This document shows, in pieces, positions 42,401 through 51,088 of a stretch of 64,000 nt of DNA. The translations under genes and the position numbers were made by a program. The stretch covers positions 172,394 through 236,393 of the forward strand of contig CANLWS010000008.1 of the NCBI GenBank assembly GCA_947494925.1, written 5' to 3'. The notes beneath the pieces were generated by a model. That model had not been told where the DNA came from, did no database searches, and worked only from the letters and a program-made list of their open reading frames with translations. Within the stretch, counting starts at the first letter, position 1. Every line of letters begins with the position of its first letter. This DNA is from an uncultured Alteromonadaceae bacterium (GTDB lineage Bacteria > Pseudomonadota > Gammaproteobacteria > Enterobacterales > Alteromonadaceae).

Positions 42401-42778
42401 AATGATTTCACTAATCCACTTGATCTGACAGACGTTGACGTTGAGTTGGGCGAGATTCGCCGTCCAGAGTTAGCTGGTAATGTGACTCTTGACTGGACTT
42501 ACGGTGACCTGAAAGTTGGTTATCAAGCACAATATGTGGATAGCATGTTACTTGGATTCCTGGAAATTGATACGGCTCGTGATTTGTATGGAGATTCTGT
42601 TTTTCAAGATGAGATGTGGATCCATGACTTGAATGTACGTTATAACCTTGATGATAACTTGCAAGTCTACGGTGGTATCAACAATATCAGTGACGAAGAA
42701 CCTTACATCACCAACTTCGCTTACCCGGTAAGTGCTAGAGGGCGATCAGTGTTCCTGGGTTTCAACGTTAAGATCTGA
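39419..42778 (+). CDS. Large TonB-dependent outer-membrane receptor (1119 aa)
   Basis: Signal peptide, plug domain (VVITGSRIARD…, NILNLRGLGANRTLVLVNGKRH, IERVEVLTGGASAVYGADAVTGVVNFILK), and long beta-barrel repeats rich in G/Y/N/D. Its own hairpin terminator follows. Confidence 0.88.
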   Translation: MKTNNNRLLRLTALATAVSSTFISGNILAQEAAQDAEAQDVERVVITGSRIARDANLASGSPIQSVSAEDIQSSGEFSVVDVINDVPALFSSTTTGESNSNNGGGFADGANILNLRGLGANRTLVLVNGKRHVGGAQGSSAVDVGSIPVKLIQDVEVLTGGASAVYGADAVTGVVNFILKEDYEGFEFDARVGSSTEGDATQYTLSSTFGKNFDNDRGNVAISVEYANDEGLRANQRDGGALIGSGRDWVNPAKRFQQGDIDSSMPNFAQFFNAANDRSAFGLAVPGSADAFAEAFAASFGSAPNLTQAELDFIANAAAAPQRAVLPGRTFPFTSGYGLIAPGNAFTFSGFDAATPIDLNNNGTPDCYDSWTGYNSSFGAEAFGALGGCWNVTADGQYRPVQDGLVANGFQGFGGDSFNTIQQDDGYILIPEEKITVNLISSYELDDDTSIFGELKYATQKVENRAQPTSFWDLLLGAPDNPFLPEFIRPIAQETGGVSITIDPIGIGSGTNENTRTTIRAVAGIEGYLDNGWNYEVSAVYGKFKRETVQRNSIINDRFFAAIDAVTDPTTGEATCRSNVDANAPAQTTPFNIPAYDPGYFSFTPGDGQCVPLNIWAGTTGITQEAVDWVTVDSTTDLTLEQTVLSATMAGDSTDYFELPAGPVAFAFGGEYRKEESEAEFDPWQRGVIPAGAPFAEGTSLGDVSGNNNLTFRPALIVANETGDYDVTEVFGEVSIPLLVDTPAFYELTLDLAARYSDYSTIGETTTWLAKLTWSPFEDLRIRANFSEAVRAPNITELFGPQTGTTFRPNDPCDAAQLTALRDAGQTELANNTQANCIAAFNAIGYTGFDADGDGVYDFADPLTAAFGGVTGGNPNLQEETAETTTIGFVYQPGFLDGFSLSLDYWDIQLEDAINAVSGQNIADGCYQGSGLNDQFCSLLQRSSDTGGFIFMNSTSINFAKRETSGYDFSIGYVFSIEEHEFDFGITGTKVDELNDFTNPLDLTDVDVELGEIRRPELAGNVTLDWTYGDLKVGYQAQYVDSMLLGFLEIDTARDLYGDSVFQDEMWIHDLNVRYNLDDNLQVYGGINNISDEEPYITNFAYPVSARGRSVFLGFNVKI

Positions 42779-42809
42779 TTAACTCAAACTCCAATCTGAA
42801 TTAGAGACA

Positions 42810-42846
42810 AATGCCATTCGGTTTATCCGACTGGCATTTTTTTTAT
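42810..42846 (+). terminator. Rho-independent terminator of the TonB-dependent receptor gene
   Basis: AATGCCATTCGG-ttta-TCCGACTGGCATT hairpin followed by TTTTTTTTAT. Confidence 0.65.
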
Positions 42847-43028
42847 CTTTTAGTTTCATTTCTGATGCTTTCCGGTTTTACGCTGGTATTCGACTACACT
42901 TAGTCACTTTAATTAGTGCACGTTGGGTTGAGACAGCAGATTACAACATGTAAATCTTTTCCTATTTGAACCTTATAAGCATTGCAGTCATAACGTTCAA
43001 CCAGCATACCTACTCAAGGAGCAGATAG

Positions 43029-44822
43029 ATGGGCATCACCAATGTTAATCCCGATCCAGGGTTGATTTCCCTCAGTGTAAAAGTCAATGAAACCGAGATC
43101 CCAGCAGAATATCAAGTTGTGGATCTGCGTGTGGAAAAGGCCATTAATCACATAAGTGTCGCGTATGTCACTTTGTTAGATGAGGGAGACACAGGGATAA
43201 ATTTCGCCATCAGTTCGGAGGCGAATTTTGTGCCTGGCAAGGAAATCGAGATTGAAGCAGGTTATGACAATAATACTCACTCTATTTTCAAGGGCATCAT
43301 CACAGGTCAAAGATTAAAGATGGACGGAGTTTTGGGCCAATCGCTCATTCTGGAATGTCGTGATCTTGCGGTAAAAATGAATGTGAGTCGCAAGAGTAAG
43401 GTGTTCGTCAATATCAGTGACAATGAACTGATTTCGCAAATTATCTCTCAATATTCCGGACTTAATATTGATATTGGTAGTACGCAAAATAGCTACACCG
43501 AGATGGTGCAGTATGACTGTTCAGACTGGGACTTAGTTTTATCACGAGCTCAGGCCAATGGGCTGGTTGTCACTACCCAGGACAACAAAGTCCGGGTTTT
43601 TGACCCCTTGGCAGCCACCAAGTCTGCAGTGGGTATTATCTACGGGGATAATCTACTGGACTTTGATGCCACCCTGGACGCTACTACTCAGTTCGAGCTG
43701 GTAGATGCTAAGGCTTGGGATTTCCAACATCAACAATTGAGATCAAAACAAGCCCGAAATAACGATTCTGGACCCGGTAATCTCTCCAGCAATACTTTAT
43801 CAGAAGTGACTGGGGAGTCACCATTTCAATTATCATCTACCGCCCCCGTGAGCGAAAATGAATTGGCAGGTTGGGCTGAGAGCTACATGACTAGGACAGA
43901 GCTAGCTAAAATAGTTGGTGAGGCCAGAATTCAAGGTACTAGATCAGTTAACCCCGGAGAAAGTATTTCCTTGTCAGGAATGGGGGAGCGCTTTGATGGT
44001 GATCACTTTGTGTCAAAAGTCATTCACCTTGTATCCGATGGCAGTTGGACCACTGAGCTTGGTCTCGGTCTTGCCCTGGAGTCAGTTACCCCAGCAGCTC
44101 AACACACAAGGCCACAGGCCTCAGATTTGGTGCCTGGCGTAAGCGGTTTGTACAATGCAAAAGTTACTAAAATCCAGGAAGATCCAGAGTCACAATTCCG
44201 CATCCAGATTGAAATCCCTTTATTTAGTGAGAGCGAACCAATATGGGCTCGACTCAGTCAGTTCTATGCATCTCAGGGACAGGGGGCGTTCTTTTCTCCT
44301 GAAGTGGGCGATGAAGTCATAGTAGGGTTTCTGAATGGTGACCCTCGATTTCCCATCATATTGGGTAGCGTTTACAGCCAGTCGATTCCACCCGACTGTG
44401 CGTTGCACCCTGACCAGAATACCAATCAAAAGGGAATAGTGACCAAAAGTGGACTGAAGATATTGTTTGATGACGAGAACAAAATCACCAGCATATTAAC
44501 TCCTGACGACAATCGATTTAGTCTGGATGATAAAAACCAACAGATCAGCATCACTGACAAACATCACAATGATGTATTGTTGTCGAAAAACGGGATTAAC
44601 CTGAATAGCGCAAAGAATATCAGTATCCATTCTGATCAGGTTGTGAATATTCAAGGAAAAGAAGGGGTTAGTATTCAAGGGACAAAAGGAGTCAATATTC
44701 AATCTGATTCCGCTGACGTTACCGTTAAAGGCATGAACATCACGGCAAAAGCCAAAGCCAGTGCGTCTGTCCAAGGGGCAGGTGAGTTGACCCTGAAAGG
44801 GGCAATGGTTTTCATTAATTAG
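43029..44822 (+). CDS. vgrG: VgrG-like spike protein (phage gpD/gp27-like plus gp5-like OB/beta-helix) of a type VI secretion or related contractile system
   Basis: 597 aa. The N-terminus resembles the Phage_GPD/VgrG family, and the conserved gp5/VgrG OB-fold motif is present (PEVGDEVIVGFLNGDPRFPIILGSVYS). A C-terminal beta-helix repeat is present (…ISIHSDQVVNIQGKEGVSIQGTKGVNIQSD…). A PAAR gene lies immediately downstream. Confidence 0.8.
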   Translation: MGITNVNPDPGLISLSVKVNETEIPAEYQVVDLRVEKAINHISVAYVTLLDEGDTGINFAISSEANFVPGKEIEIEAGYDNNTHSIFKGIITGQRLKMDGVLGQSLILECRDLAVKMNVSRKSKVFVNISDNELISQIISQYSGLNIDIGSTQNSYTEMVQYDCSDWDLVLSRAQANGLVVTTQDNKVRVFDPLAATKSAVGIIYGDNLLDFDATLDATTQFELVDAKAWDFQHQQLRSKQARNNDSGPGNLSSNTLSEVTGESPFQLSSTAPVSENELAGWAESYMTRTELAKIVGEARIQGTRSVNPGESISLSGMGERFDGDHFVSKVIHLVSDGSWTTELGLGLALESVTPAAQHTRPQASDLVPGVSGLYNAKVTKIQEDPESQFRIQIEIPLFSESEPIWARLSQFYASQGQGAFFSPEVGDEVIVGFLNGDPRFPIILGSVYSQSIPPDCALHPDQNTNQKGIVTKSGLKILFDDENKITSILTPDDNRFSLDDKNQQISITDKHHNDVLLSKNGINLNSAKNISIHSDQVVNIQGKEGVSIQGTKGVNIQSDSADVTVKGMNITAKAKASASVQGAGELTLKGAMVFIN

Positions 44823-44830
44823 GAGATATT

Positions 44831-45130
44831 ATGCCACTTGCAGCTCGAATAACTGATATGCATACATGTCCTATGCAGACACCTGGTGTTCCGCCAATCC
44901 CCCACGTTGGTGGACCTGTTATAGGACCTGGCGAATCCACAGTCTTGATAGGGAGTTTGCCCGCCGTCACATTAGGGGATAGCGCCGTATGTGTTGGTCC
45001 ACCTGACAGTATTGTTGAGGGGTCTGCGACAGTGATGATTGGTGGCAAGCCTGCAGCTCGTATGGGGGACAAAACAGCACACGGGGGAAGTATTGTTATG
45101 GGCTGCCCCACCGTGATAGTGGGAGATTGA
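44831..45130 (+). CDS. PAAR-domain protein (minimal, 99 aa; no effector extension)
   Basis: PAAR-repeat motifs (TDMHTCPMQTPG…PHVGGPV, SLPAVTLGDSAVCVGPPDSIV, GKPAARMGDKTAHGGSIVMG). A GGAGA RBS is 9 nt after the vgrG stop. Confidence 0.85.
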   Translation: MPLAARITDMHTCPMQTPGVPPIPHVGGPVIGPGESTVLIGSLPAVTLGDSAVCVGPPDSIVEGSATVMIGGKPAARMGDKTAHGGSIVMGCPTVIVGD

Positions 45131-45151
45131 ATGTGCCTTGATTTGCAATGA

Positions 45152-45655
45152 TTATTCTATCCAACGCAGTTTTTCCAATGGATAGCCCAGACACCATTTT
45201 GCTCTCTCAAGAATAACTCTTGTATTCAATCGACTTATCCCAAGTGCCGAGTCGGCAGCCAATTGATTACAACAATGGTTTAGCGCCTTGATATCCTGGA
45301 AGCAGGTAAAAGAAATGTAATCAATATCGCCACTTACACGAACGCAATCCATAAACTCCGGAATTTCCGAGATAGCGTGTTCAAAGGCCTGTCGTCCCAT
45401 AGGTGTATTGTCATGAAGGTTAAATTCAACATAGGCCAGGACATGCTCGCATATCCGATCCAAATCCATTTCAGTCTGAAAGTTAATAAAGTAACCCGCT
45501 TCCTTTAATGCTTTAACACGCTGAAAGCAGGCACTGGGTGAAAGTGCCACTTTGTCAGCCAGATCCTGATTGGACATATCTGCGTGTTGATGGAGTGTTG
45601 CCAGTATTTTCTTGTTAATGGCATCCAGCTTTATAGAAGATTTGTTTGATTTCAT
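45152..45655 (-). CDS. Lrp/AsnC-family transcriptional regulator. The start is trimmed to MKSNKSS…; the upstream Met at 45703 is possible.
   Basis: N-terminal HTH (LDAINKKILATLHQHADMSNQDLADKVALSPSACFQRVKAL) plus a C-terminal RAM/AsnC_trans domain. It is divergent from the permease operon. Confidence 0.8.
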   Translation of the reverse strand: MKSNKSSIKLDAINKKILATLHQHADMSNQDLADKVALSPSACFQRVKALKEAGYFINFQTEMDLDRICEHVLAYVEFNLHDNTPMGRQAFEHAISEIPEFMDCVRVSGDIDYISFTCFQDIKALNHCCNQLAADSALGISRLNTRVILERAKWCLGYPLEKLRWIE

Positions 45656-45821
45656 TGGATTTTCGTCCCTCAAACGCCTGCACGAAAGATGATTTTGTAT
45701 CACCTTAGCATAGCTAAATAATCAATGGATTTGTCCTGATAGTTCAGTAGGATATTTTTTGTCGATTGAATTAGCATAAATCGTAGTCGGAAAAGACAAT
45801 TTCTATCCAAAAGGCGGAACT

Positions 45822-47129
45822 TTGGAAAATTCTACTCAAACATCATTGCTAGTTGTGCGCGACGAGCAATTGGTTGCCTGGCCCAGAGTTGCTGCGATTT
45901 CATCTATGGTTGCCTTTTCTTTGCCTACTTTCATAACTGGACTGGAGGTGTATGCCGGGTTGACAGTTCAGGAGGGCTTTTTAGCACTCATTATAGGTTC
46001 TGTGTTACTCACTTTAATTGGTGGCACCATGGGTGTGATTGGTGCTAAAACGCGAATGAGTTCTTATCTTCTGGTACGGGTCGCTTTTGGAGACAAAGGT
46101 GCTGGGCTGGTGAACATTGCCTTTGCTCTTTCTCTCATAGGTTGGTTCGGTGTCAATATTGATCTGTTTTCCAGCGCGGTGAGCAGGCTGGCTTCGGACT
46201 TTACTGAACTGACTATACCTGAATGGGTAATAGAGGTCATTGCTGGACTGTGCATGGTGGCTACCACAGTATTTGGCTTCAAGGCTATAAACATACTAGC
46301 TTCCTTGCTGATCCCTGTTCTTGCCTTTGTGACTTTTTACATGTTTTTTGTTGCGAAAGGTCATATGTCATTGAGTGAGTTCTGGCTGTTTGATAAAACA
46401 GCTAGTCTGACCTTGAGTGATGGTGTTGGCGCCATAGTAGGCGCAATCATTATTGGTGCCATCATACTGCCGGATATCACACGGTTCAGTCGTCATTGGA
46501 CAGGCGGTATTCATACCGCATTCTGGTCTTACATGGTTGTGGAATTGATTGTCATTTTTGTTGCAGGGTTTGCCGCAGCCGCAATAGGGGAAATTGAAAT
46601 CCTCGATCTCATGCTGGCGTTAGGATTGGGAACCGTTGCATTTATCATAGTGATAGCAGGAAGTTGGGTGCTCAACTCTCTTAACCTTTACAGCACCATG
46701 TTGAGCCTCGAAGCTACGTGGCCGAAATGCAAGGGTAGAGGACTAACCTGTTTGGTGGGCCTAATAGGTGTATTGGCAGCTTTTCTTAATATACTGGATA
46801 TGTTCATCAGCTTTCTGGTTTTTCTGGCGGCGATCTTTGTTCCAGTTGCTGGAATCATTATTGCTGATTACCTCTTTATCAAACCGCAAAAATATTGCAT
46901 TTCAACCCTTGAGAACAATTTCAAATTTTCAAAGCCTGCGTTTATCGCCTGGTCTCTCGGAGCCGCCCTGTCAGTCCTGAGTGATATCAGTTGGGTGCCT
47001 TCAGTAACATCTATAAAGGTATTGGATGCAATATTATTATCAGCAATGATCTATGTGATTTTGTATAAGCTCTTGCCGCATCCTGAATTGAATATTCAAA
47101 CAGCTACCAAAGGTGAAGTATGCGAATAG
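45822..47129 (+). CDS. NCS1-family nucleobase/cytosine-type permease (CodB-like)
   Basis: 435 aa with 12 TM segments and a CodB-like N-terminal region. Its 3' end overlaps the start of the next gene. Confidence 0.7.
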   Translation: MENSTQTSLLVVRDEQLVAWPRVAAISSMVAFSLPTFITGLEVYAGLTVQEGFLALIIGSVLLTLIGGTMGVIGAKTRMSSYLLVRVAFGDKGAGLVNIAFALSLIGWFGVNIDLFSSAVSRLASDFTELTIPEWVIEVIAGLCMVATTVFGFKAINILASLLIPVLAFVTFYMFFVAKGHMSLSEFWLFDKTASLTLSDGVGAIVGAIIIGAIILPDITRFSRHWTGGIHTAFWSYMVVELIVIFVAGFAAAAIGEIEILDLMLALGLGTVAFIIVIAGSWVLNSLNLYSTMLSLEATWPKCKGRGLTCLVGLIGVLAAFLNILDMFISFLVFLAAIFVPVAGIIIADYLFIKPQKYCISTLENNFKFSKPAFIAWSLGAALSVLSDISWVPSVTSIKVLDAILLSAMIYVILYKLLPHPELNIQTATKGEVCE

Positions 47130-48676
47130 GTATTGATGTTGGTGGTACTCACACCGACGCAGTTTTGTTAAACAATAGAGAAGTCCTGGCTACGACCAAA
47201 GCCCTGACTACTGCTGATGTTTTTGGCGGTGTTGCAACGGCCTTGGATACCATCTTAAAACACACTGAAGTATCAAAAACCGATATCCAAGCTGTGATGA
47301 TAGGTACTACCCAGTTCACCAATGCGGTTGTAGAGCGCCGTGAGTTGTCGCAAGTCGCGGCCGTGAGGATAGGATTGCCCTCAGGAAATGGACTACTGCC
47401 TATGTTGGATTGGCCTGAGGATTTGGCATCCGCAGTCGGCGAGCATTGCTATTTAGTTCATGGCGGCTTTTTGTATGATGGCTGGCCTGTGGCTGAACTT
47501 GATGACCTTGAAATAGATAACCTGATTAAGGATTTGCTCACAAAAGGCATAAAGAACATTGTCTTATCCTCAGCGTTTTCGCCAATGAATGCTGAACCAG
47601 AAGAGTTGGTTGCAGAAAAAATTCAACAGGCCATACCTGATGCACGTATCACTCTTTCACACCATATTGGTCGACTGGGATTAATAGAGCGGGAAAACGC
47701 GGCCATATTAAATGCTTCATTGTTACCCTTTGCTGATCGTGTAGTAGAGGCATTTACAAAAGGTCTTCTCAAACACGGATTAACCTGTCCGATGTTTGTC
47801 AGCCAAAATGACGGCACCTTAATGAGCGCAGATTTTGTCAGACAATTCCCCGCTCTCACTTTCGCTTCCGGGCCGACAAATTCATTGCGTGGCGCTTGTA
47901 TGTTATCTGGATTGGATAACGCGATTGTGGTCGACATAGGAGGCACGACCTCAGATATTGGCGTACTACAGGATGGTTTCCCAAGAGAATCTAATGTTGT
48001 TGTAGACGTAGGCGGAGTGAGAACTAACTTCAGAATGCCAGATATAACGGCAGTTGGATTGGGAGGGGGCAGTATAGTTAGCGCGGATGGCCTCACAATA
48101 GGACCGAGGTCAGTAGGGCATCGTTTAGTACAAGAGGCCAAAGTATTTGGTGGCAACACTCTCACTGCTACCGACCTAATCGTAGCTGCTGGTTACACTG
48201 ATATCGGTGAATTAGGTGCAGCAGAAATACCAGAACAAACTGTTGTCAGCGGTATTTCGCGTATCAGTGAAATGCTTGATCAACACATCGACATGATGAA
48301 ACCCAGTAGCGAACCTATGCCGGTTATTCTTGTAGGTGGAGGGTCTATCTTGGTTCACGACAAGTTAGCCAGTGCGTCGCGGATAATCAGGCCTGAAAAT
48401 GCCGGCGTTGCTAATGCAATTGGTGCTGCAATAGCCCAAATAGGAGGCGAAGCCGAGCGCATGTTGTCTTATCAGTCTATTTCCAGAGAGGATGCTATTG
48501 CGTTGGTTACCCAAGATGCTAGAACACTTGCAATAGAGGCTGGTGCTGAGGCAGATAGTTTACGAGTGGCAGATATTGAGGAAACGGTTATCCCTTATAT
48601 GGATGACGGCAATACGCGTATTCGGGTAAAAGTCATCGGTGACATCAGCGTATTAGAGCAAGGGGGAAATCACTAA
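47120..48676 (+). CDS. Hydantoinase/oxoprolinase-family (HyuA-like, ASKHA-fold) protein
   Basis: MRIGIDVGGTHTDAVLL N-terminus typical of Hydantoinase_A; 518 aa. It overlaps the downstream DUF917 gene start (ATGG/TAATGG). Confidence 0.65.
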   Translation: MRIGIDVGGTHTDAVLLNNREVLATTKALTTADVFGGVATALDTILKHTEVSKTDIQAVMIGTTQFTNAVVERRELSQVAAVRIGLPSGNGLLPMLDWPEDLASAVGEHCYLVHGGFLYDGWPVAELDDLEIDNLIKDLLTKGIKNIVLSSAFSPMNAEPEELVAEKIQQAIPDARITLSHHIGRLGLIERENAAILNASLLPFADRVVEAFTKGLLKHGLTCPMFVSQNDGTLMSADFVRQFPALTFASGPTNSLRGACMLSGLDNAIVVDIGGTTSDIGVLQDGFPRESNVVVDVGGVRTNFRMPDITAVGLGGGSIVSADGLTIGPRSVGHRLVQEAKVFGGNTLTATDLIVAAGYTDIGELGAAEIPEQTVVSGISRISEMLDQHIDMMKPSSEPMPVILVGGGSILVHDKLASASRIIRPENAGVANAIGAAIAQIGGEAERMLSYQSISREDAIALVTQDARTLAIEAGAEADSLRVADIEETVIPYMDDGNTRIRVKVIGDISVLEQGGNH

Positions 48677-49773
48677 TGGAATTTATTGAAGAGTCGCATT
48701 TGGAAGACCTGGCTCTGGGGGCTGTGTTTCTTGCTACAGGAGGAGGCGGTGACCCTTATTTGCCTAAATTGCTAACCTATGAGACGTTGAAAAAATACGG
48801 ACCGGTTAAACTTCTCCAACCCCAAGATCTGGACGATGACGCCCACGTGATTACATTGGGAGGGGTAGGGGCGCCTACCGTCAGTCTTGAACTACTGCCT
48901 TCTATCGAGGATAGCCTCAATACATTGAACGCCTATGAAGCACAAACCGGAAAATCGGTTGATGCTGTTGCTTCTTTCGAAATCGGTGGAGGCAATTCTT
49001 TGCTGCCCATTATGGCAGCTGCTGGTAAAGGTATACCAGTGCTGGATGGTGATGGAATGGCGCGCGCATTGCCGGAAGCACAAATGATGACATATGCCAT
49101 TTTCGGCGCCTGTCCTACTCCCGCTGTTGCATATGATTATGAAGGAAATATCACTGTATTTAATACTAAAACTACAGCAACTTATGAACGTCATATCCGG
49201 AGTTTAGCCTTGGCATCAGGTGGGATGATTACAACTGCTGAACATCCCATGACAGGAGAGTTTGTCAAACAATCTATCATTCCGGGCACACTCAGTTTTT
49301 CTATCCAACTTGGCCGAGTGTTGCGCGAGAACAAAGGCAATGCAGAGGAACTATTGAACCCCCTACAGAATATTTTTGAGCCCTCGATTTATGGTGAGTG
49401 TCGACTACTTTATTGTGGCAAAGTAACAGACAAAGCCACAAGAATAGAAGGTGGTTTTGACATAGGCGAAGCGATTATCAGTGACTTTAATCATCAAGAA
49501 GCACCAATGAAAATCAGTATCAAGAATGAATTTTTAGTGGCAACTATCGGAGATCGTATTTTAGCCAGCGTACCGGATTTGATCGTTTTGGTTGACTACG
49601 AGAGCAGCACGCCCATTAATGCAGAACGATTACGTTATGGCCAAAGAGTTGCTGTATTTGCGGTAGGCTGCCCGCAGGTATTTCGTAGCAAAGTGGCATT
49701 GGCTGCAGTAGGGCCTAAATGTTTTGGATTTGATTTTGATTATGTCCCACTTGAGGAAATTCAGCAGTTTTAG
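48676..49773 (+). CDS. DUF917-family protein
   Basis: The GAVFLATGGGGDPY motif and IGGGNS motif are characteristic of DUF917, and the protein is translationally coupled to the hydantoinase-like gene. Confidence 0.6.
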   Translation: MEFIEESHLEDLALGAVFLATGGGGDPYLPKLLTYETLKKYGPVKLLQPQDLDDDAHVITLGGVGAPTVSLELLPSIEDSLNTLNAYEAQTGKSVDAVASFEIGGGNSLLPIMAAAGKGIPVLDGDGMARALPEAQMMTYAIFGACPTPAVAYDYEGNITVFNTKTTATYERHIRSLALASGGMITTAEHPMTGEFVKQSIIPGTLSFSIQLGRVLRENKGNAEELLNPLQNIFEPSIYGECRLLYCGKVTDKATRIEGGFDIGEAIISDFNHQEAPMKISIKNEFLVATIGDRILASVPDLIVLVDYESSTPINAERLRYGQRVAVFAVGCPQVFRSKVALAAVGPKCFGFDFDYVPLEEIQQF

Positions 49774-49833
49774 CACTTGAAAATACCAGCTAGTGCAGGC
49801 ACACTCATCTGGTCCAACCAGATTAGGTGAATT

Positions 49834-50325
49834 ATGTCAGTCAATAACCCTCTCAGAAACTTTGTTGATAAGGTCAACCAGTATCCCGACTGGTTGAGTA
49901 GTAAATTGATGACCTGGGTATTTAGGCACAAGGTGAAATTGGCCGGTACTGTGGGTGTTGAAATTCTCGAAACTGACGGCAAACGTGTGGTTTATCGTCA
50001 GCGCAACCGTAAAAAAGCGCAAAATCATATCGGTAGCGTTCACGCCGCCGCCACCGCGCTTTTAGCTGAGTCTGCATCAGGCTTTATTGTTGGAATAAAT
50101 TTGCCAGGGGATAAATTACCCTTAATAAAAAACATGAACCTTAACTATGTGAGGCGTTCAGCTGGCGATATCACCGTAGTCGCTTCATTGACGGATGAAC
50201 AGATTGGTCTGCTAAATACGGAACCCAAAGGTGAAGTCAATGTGAAGGTGAAAGTAACCGACGCCACAGGAGAAGTTCCAGTGGAAGCAGAAATGTTGTG
50301 GGCATGGGTACCCAAATCGCGATAA
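49834..50325 (+). CDS. Hot-dog fold thioesterase-like protein (DUF4442-like)
   Basis: 163 aa; the sequence pattern around IGSVHAAATALLAESASG is consistent with a PaaI/YiiD-type hot-dog domain. Confidence 0.45.
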   Translation: MSVNNPLRNFVDKVNQYPDWLSSKLMTWVFRHKVKLAGTVGVEILETDGKRVVYRQRNRKKAQNHIGSVHAAATALLAESASGFIVGINLPGDKLPLIKNMNLNYVRRSAGDITVVASLTDEQIGLLNTEPKGEVNVKVKVTDATGEVPVEAEMLWAWVPKSR

Positions 50326-50494
50326 AAAAGGAATTTCTTGTTTTAAGACCAATACTGTCCAGCCAACAGTCCGATAGTTCAACAAAGATTCATATAAAAT
50401 TTGTTGACAGAATTTAAATTTAAATCTATTTACAAAACCAGACGTGAGTATTTTTCTTTAATTTAGTCCTTTTAAATTGATTGGAATTGCAGCG

Positions 50495-50866
50495 ATGGCA
50501 AATGTTATTCGAGAAAAGTTAGTCAAGAGAATGTTCAGTGATGCCAAGAACTACCCCTACGGCTTCTCTAGATCAGGTGATTTTTCCATAAGTGAGAGCA
50601 AGGCACTGAGTCAGTATGGCTGCCTTATTGCGGCATTGGTTGACGGTGAGTTGAAGGCTGAGTCGGCAGAAGAACATGGTTTCATTGAAGCAGCTTTCGG
50701 GCAGCGAGAACCTGAAAGTGTGGCGGAAAAAGCCTGGGTTAAATACCAGAAACGTATTAACCGTCCACGACTGGGAAATATTAATGGGACCAAGGCATCC
50801 AGTTTCGAAAGCGATACCGACAGCGAAGATATGTCGACAGATCTCGAAATAGAAATAGATGACTAA
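50495..50866 (+). CDS. maoP: Macrodomain Ter protein organiser MaoP (YifE). The start is trimmed to MANVIREK…
   Basis: Collinear with E. coli YifE (KNYPYGFSRSGDFSISE…, GQREPESVAEKAWVKYQKRINRP, acidic C-terminal tail). It sits upstream of ilv genes, as in enterics. Confidence 0.8.
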   Translation: MANVIREKLVKRMFSDAKNYPYGFSRSGDFSISESKALSQYGCLIAALVDGELKAESAEEHGFIEAAFGQREPESVAEKAWVKYQKRINRPRLGNINGTKASSFESDTDSEDMSTDLEIEIDD

Positions 50867-51088
50867 TATTTGTTAATTATATGTAAATACATCCTATTTG
50901 ACTGCTGTTAAAAAGCCATTGATAGGATGTTCATCCTAAAAAATCGGTATATAGGGATATGTATCTCACTTTTATGCTGATTACTGTTTTATCTTCCTAA
51001 ACGCTCACGTATAGTCTGGAAAACGTGCTCCGTTTCACTCTCAATGTGGCGGAGCTTAGATTTGTAAAAGCTCTCAGGAGATTCTCTG

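Noticed and set aside
43029-44822. Alternative call of the vgrG-like gene as a prophage tail spike (gpD plus gp5) from a P2-like prophage
   Set aside because: No other phage structural, lysis or integration genes are nearby, and a PAAR gene follows directly. A T6SS-type (or stand-alone) VgrG–PAAR spike is the more parsimonious reading, although a phage-tail-like origin cannot be excluded from this window alone.
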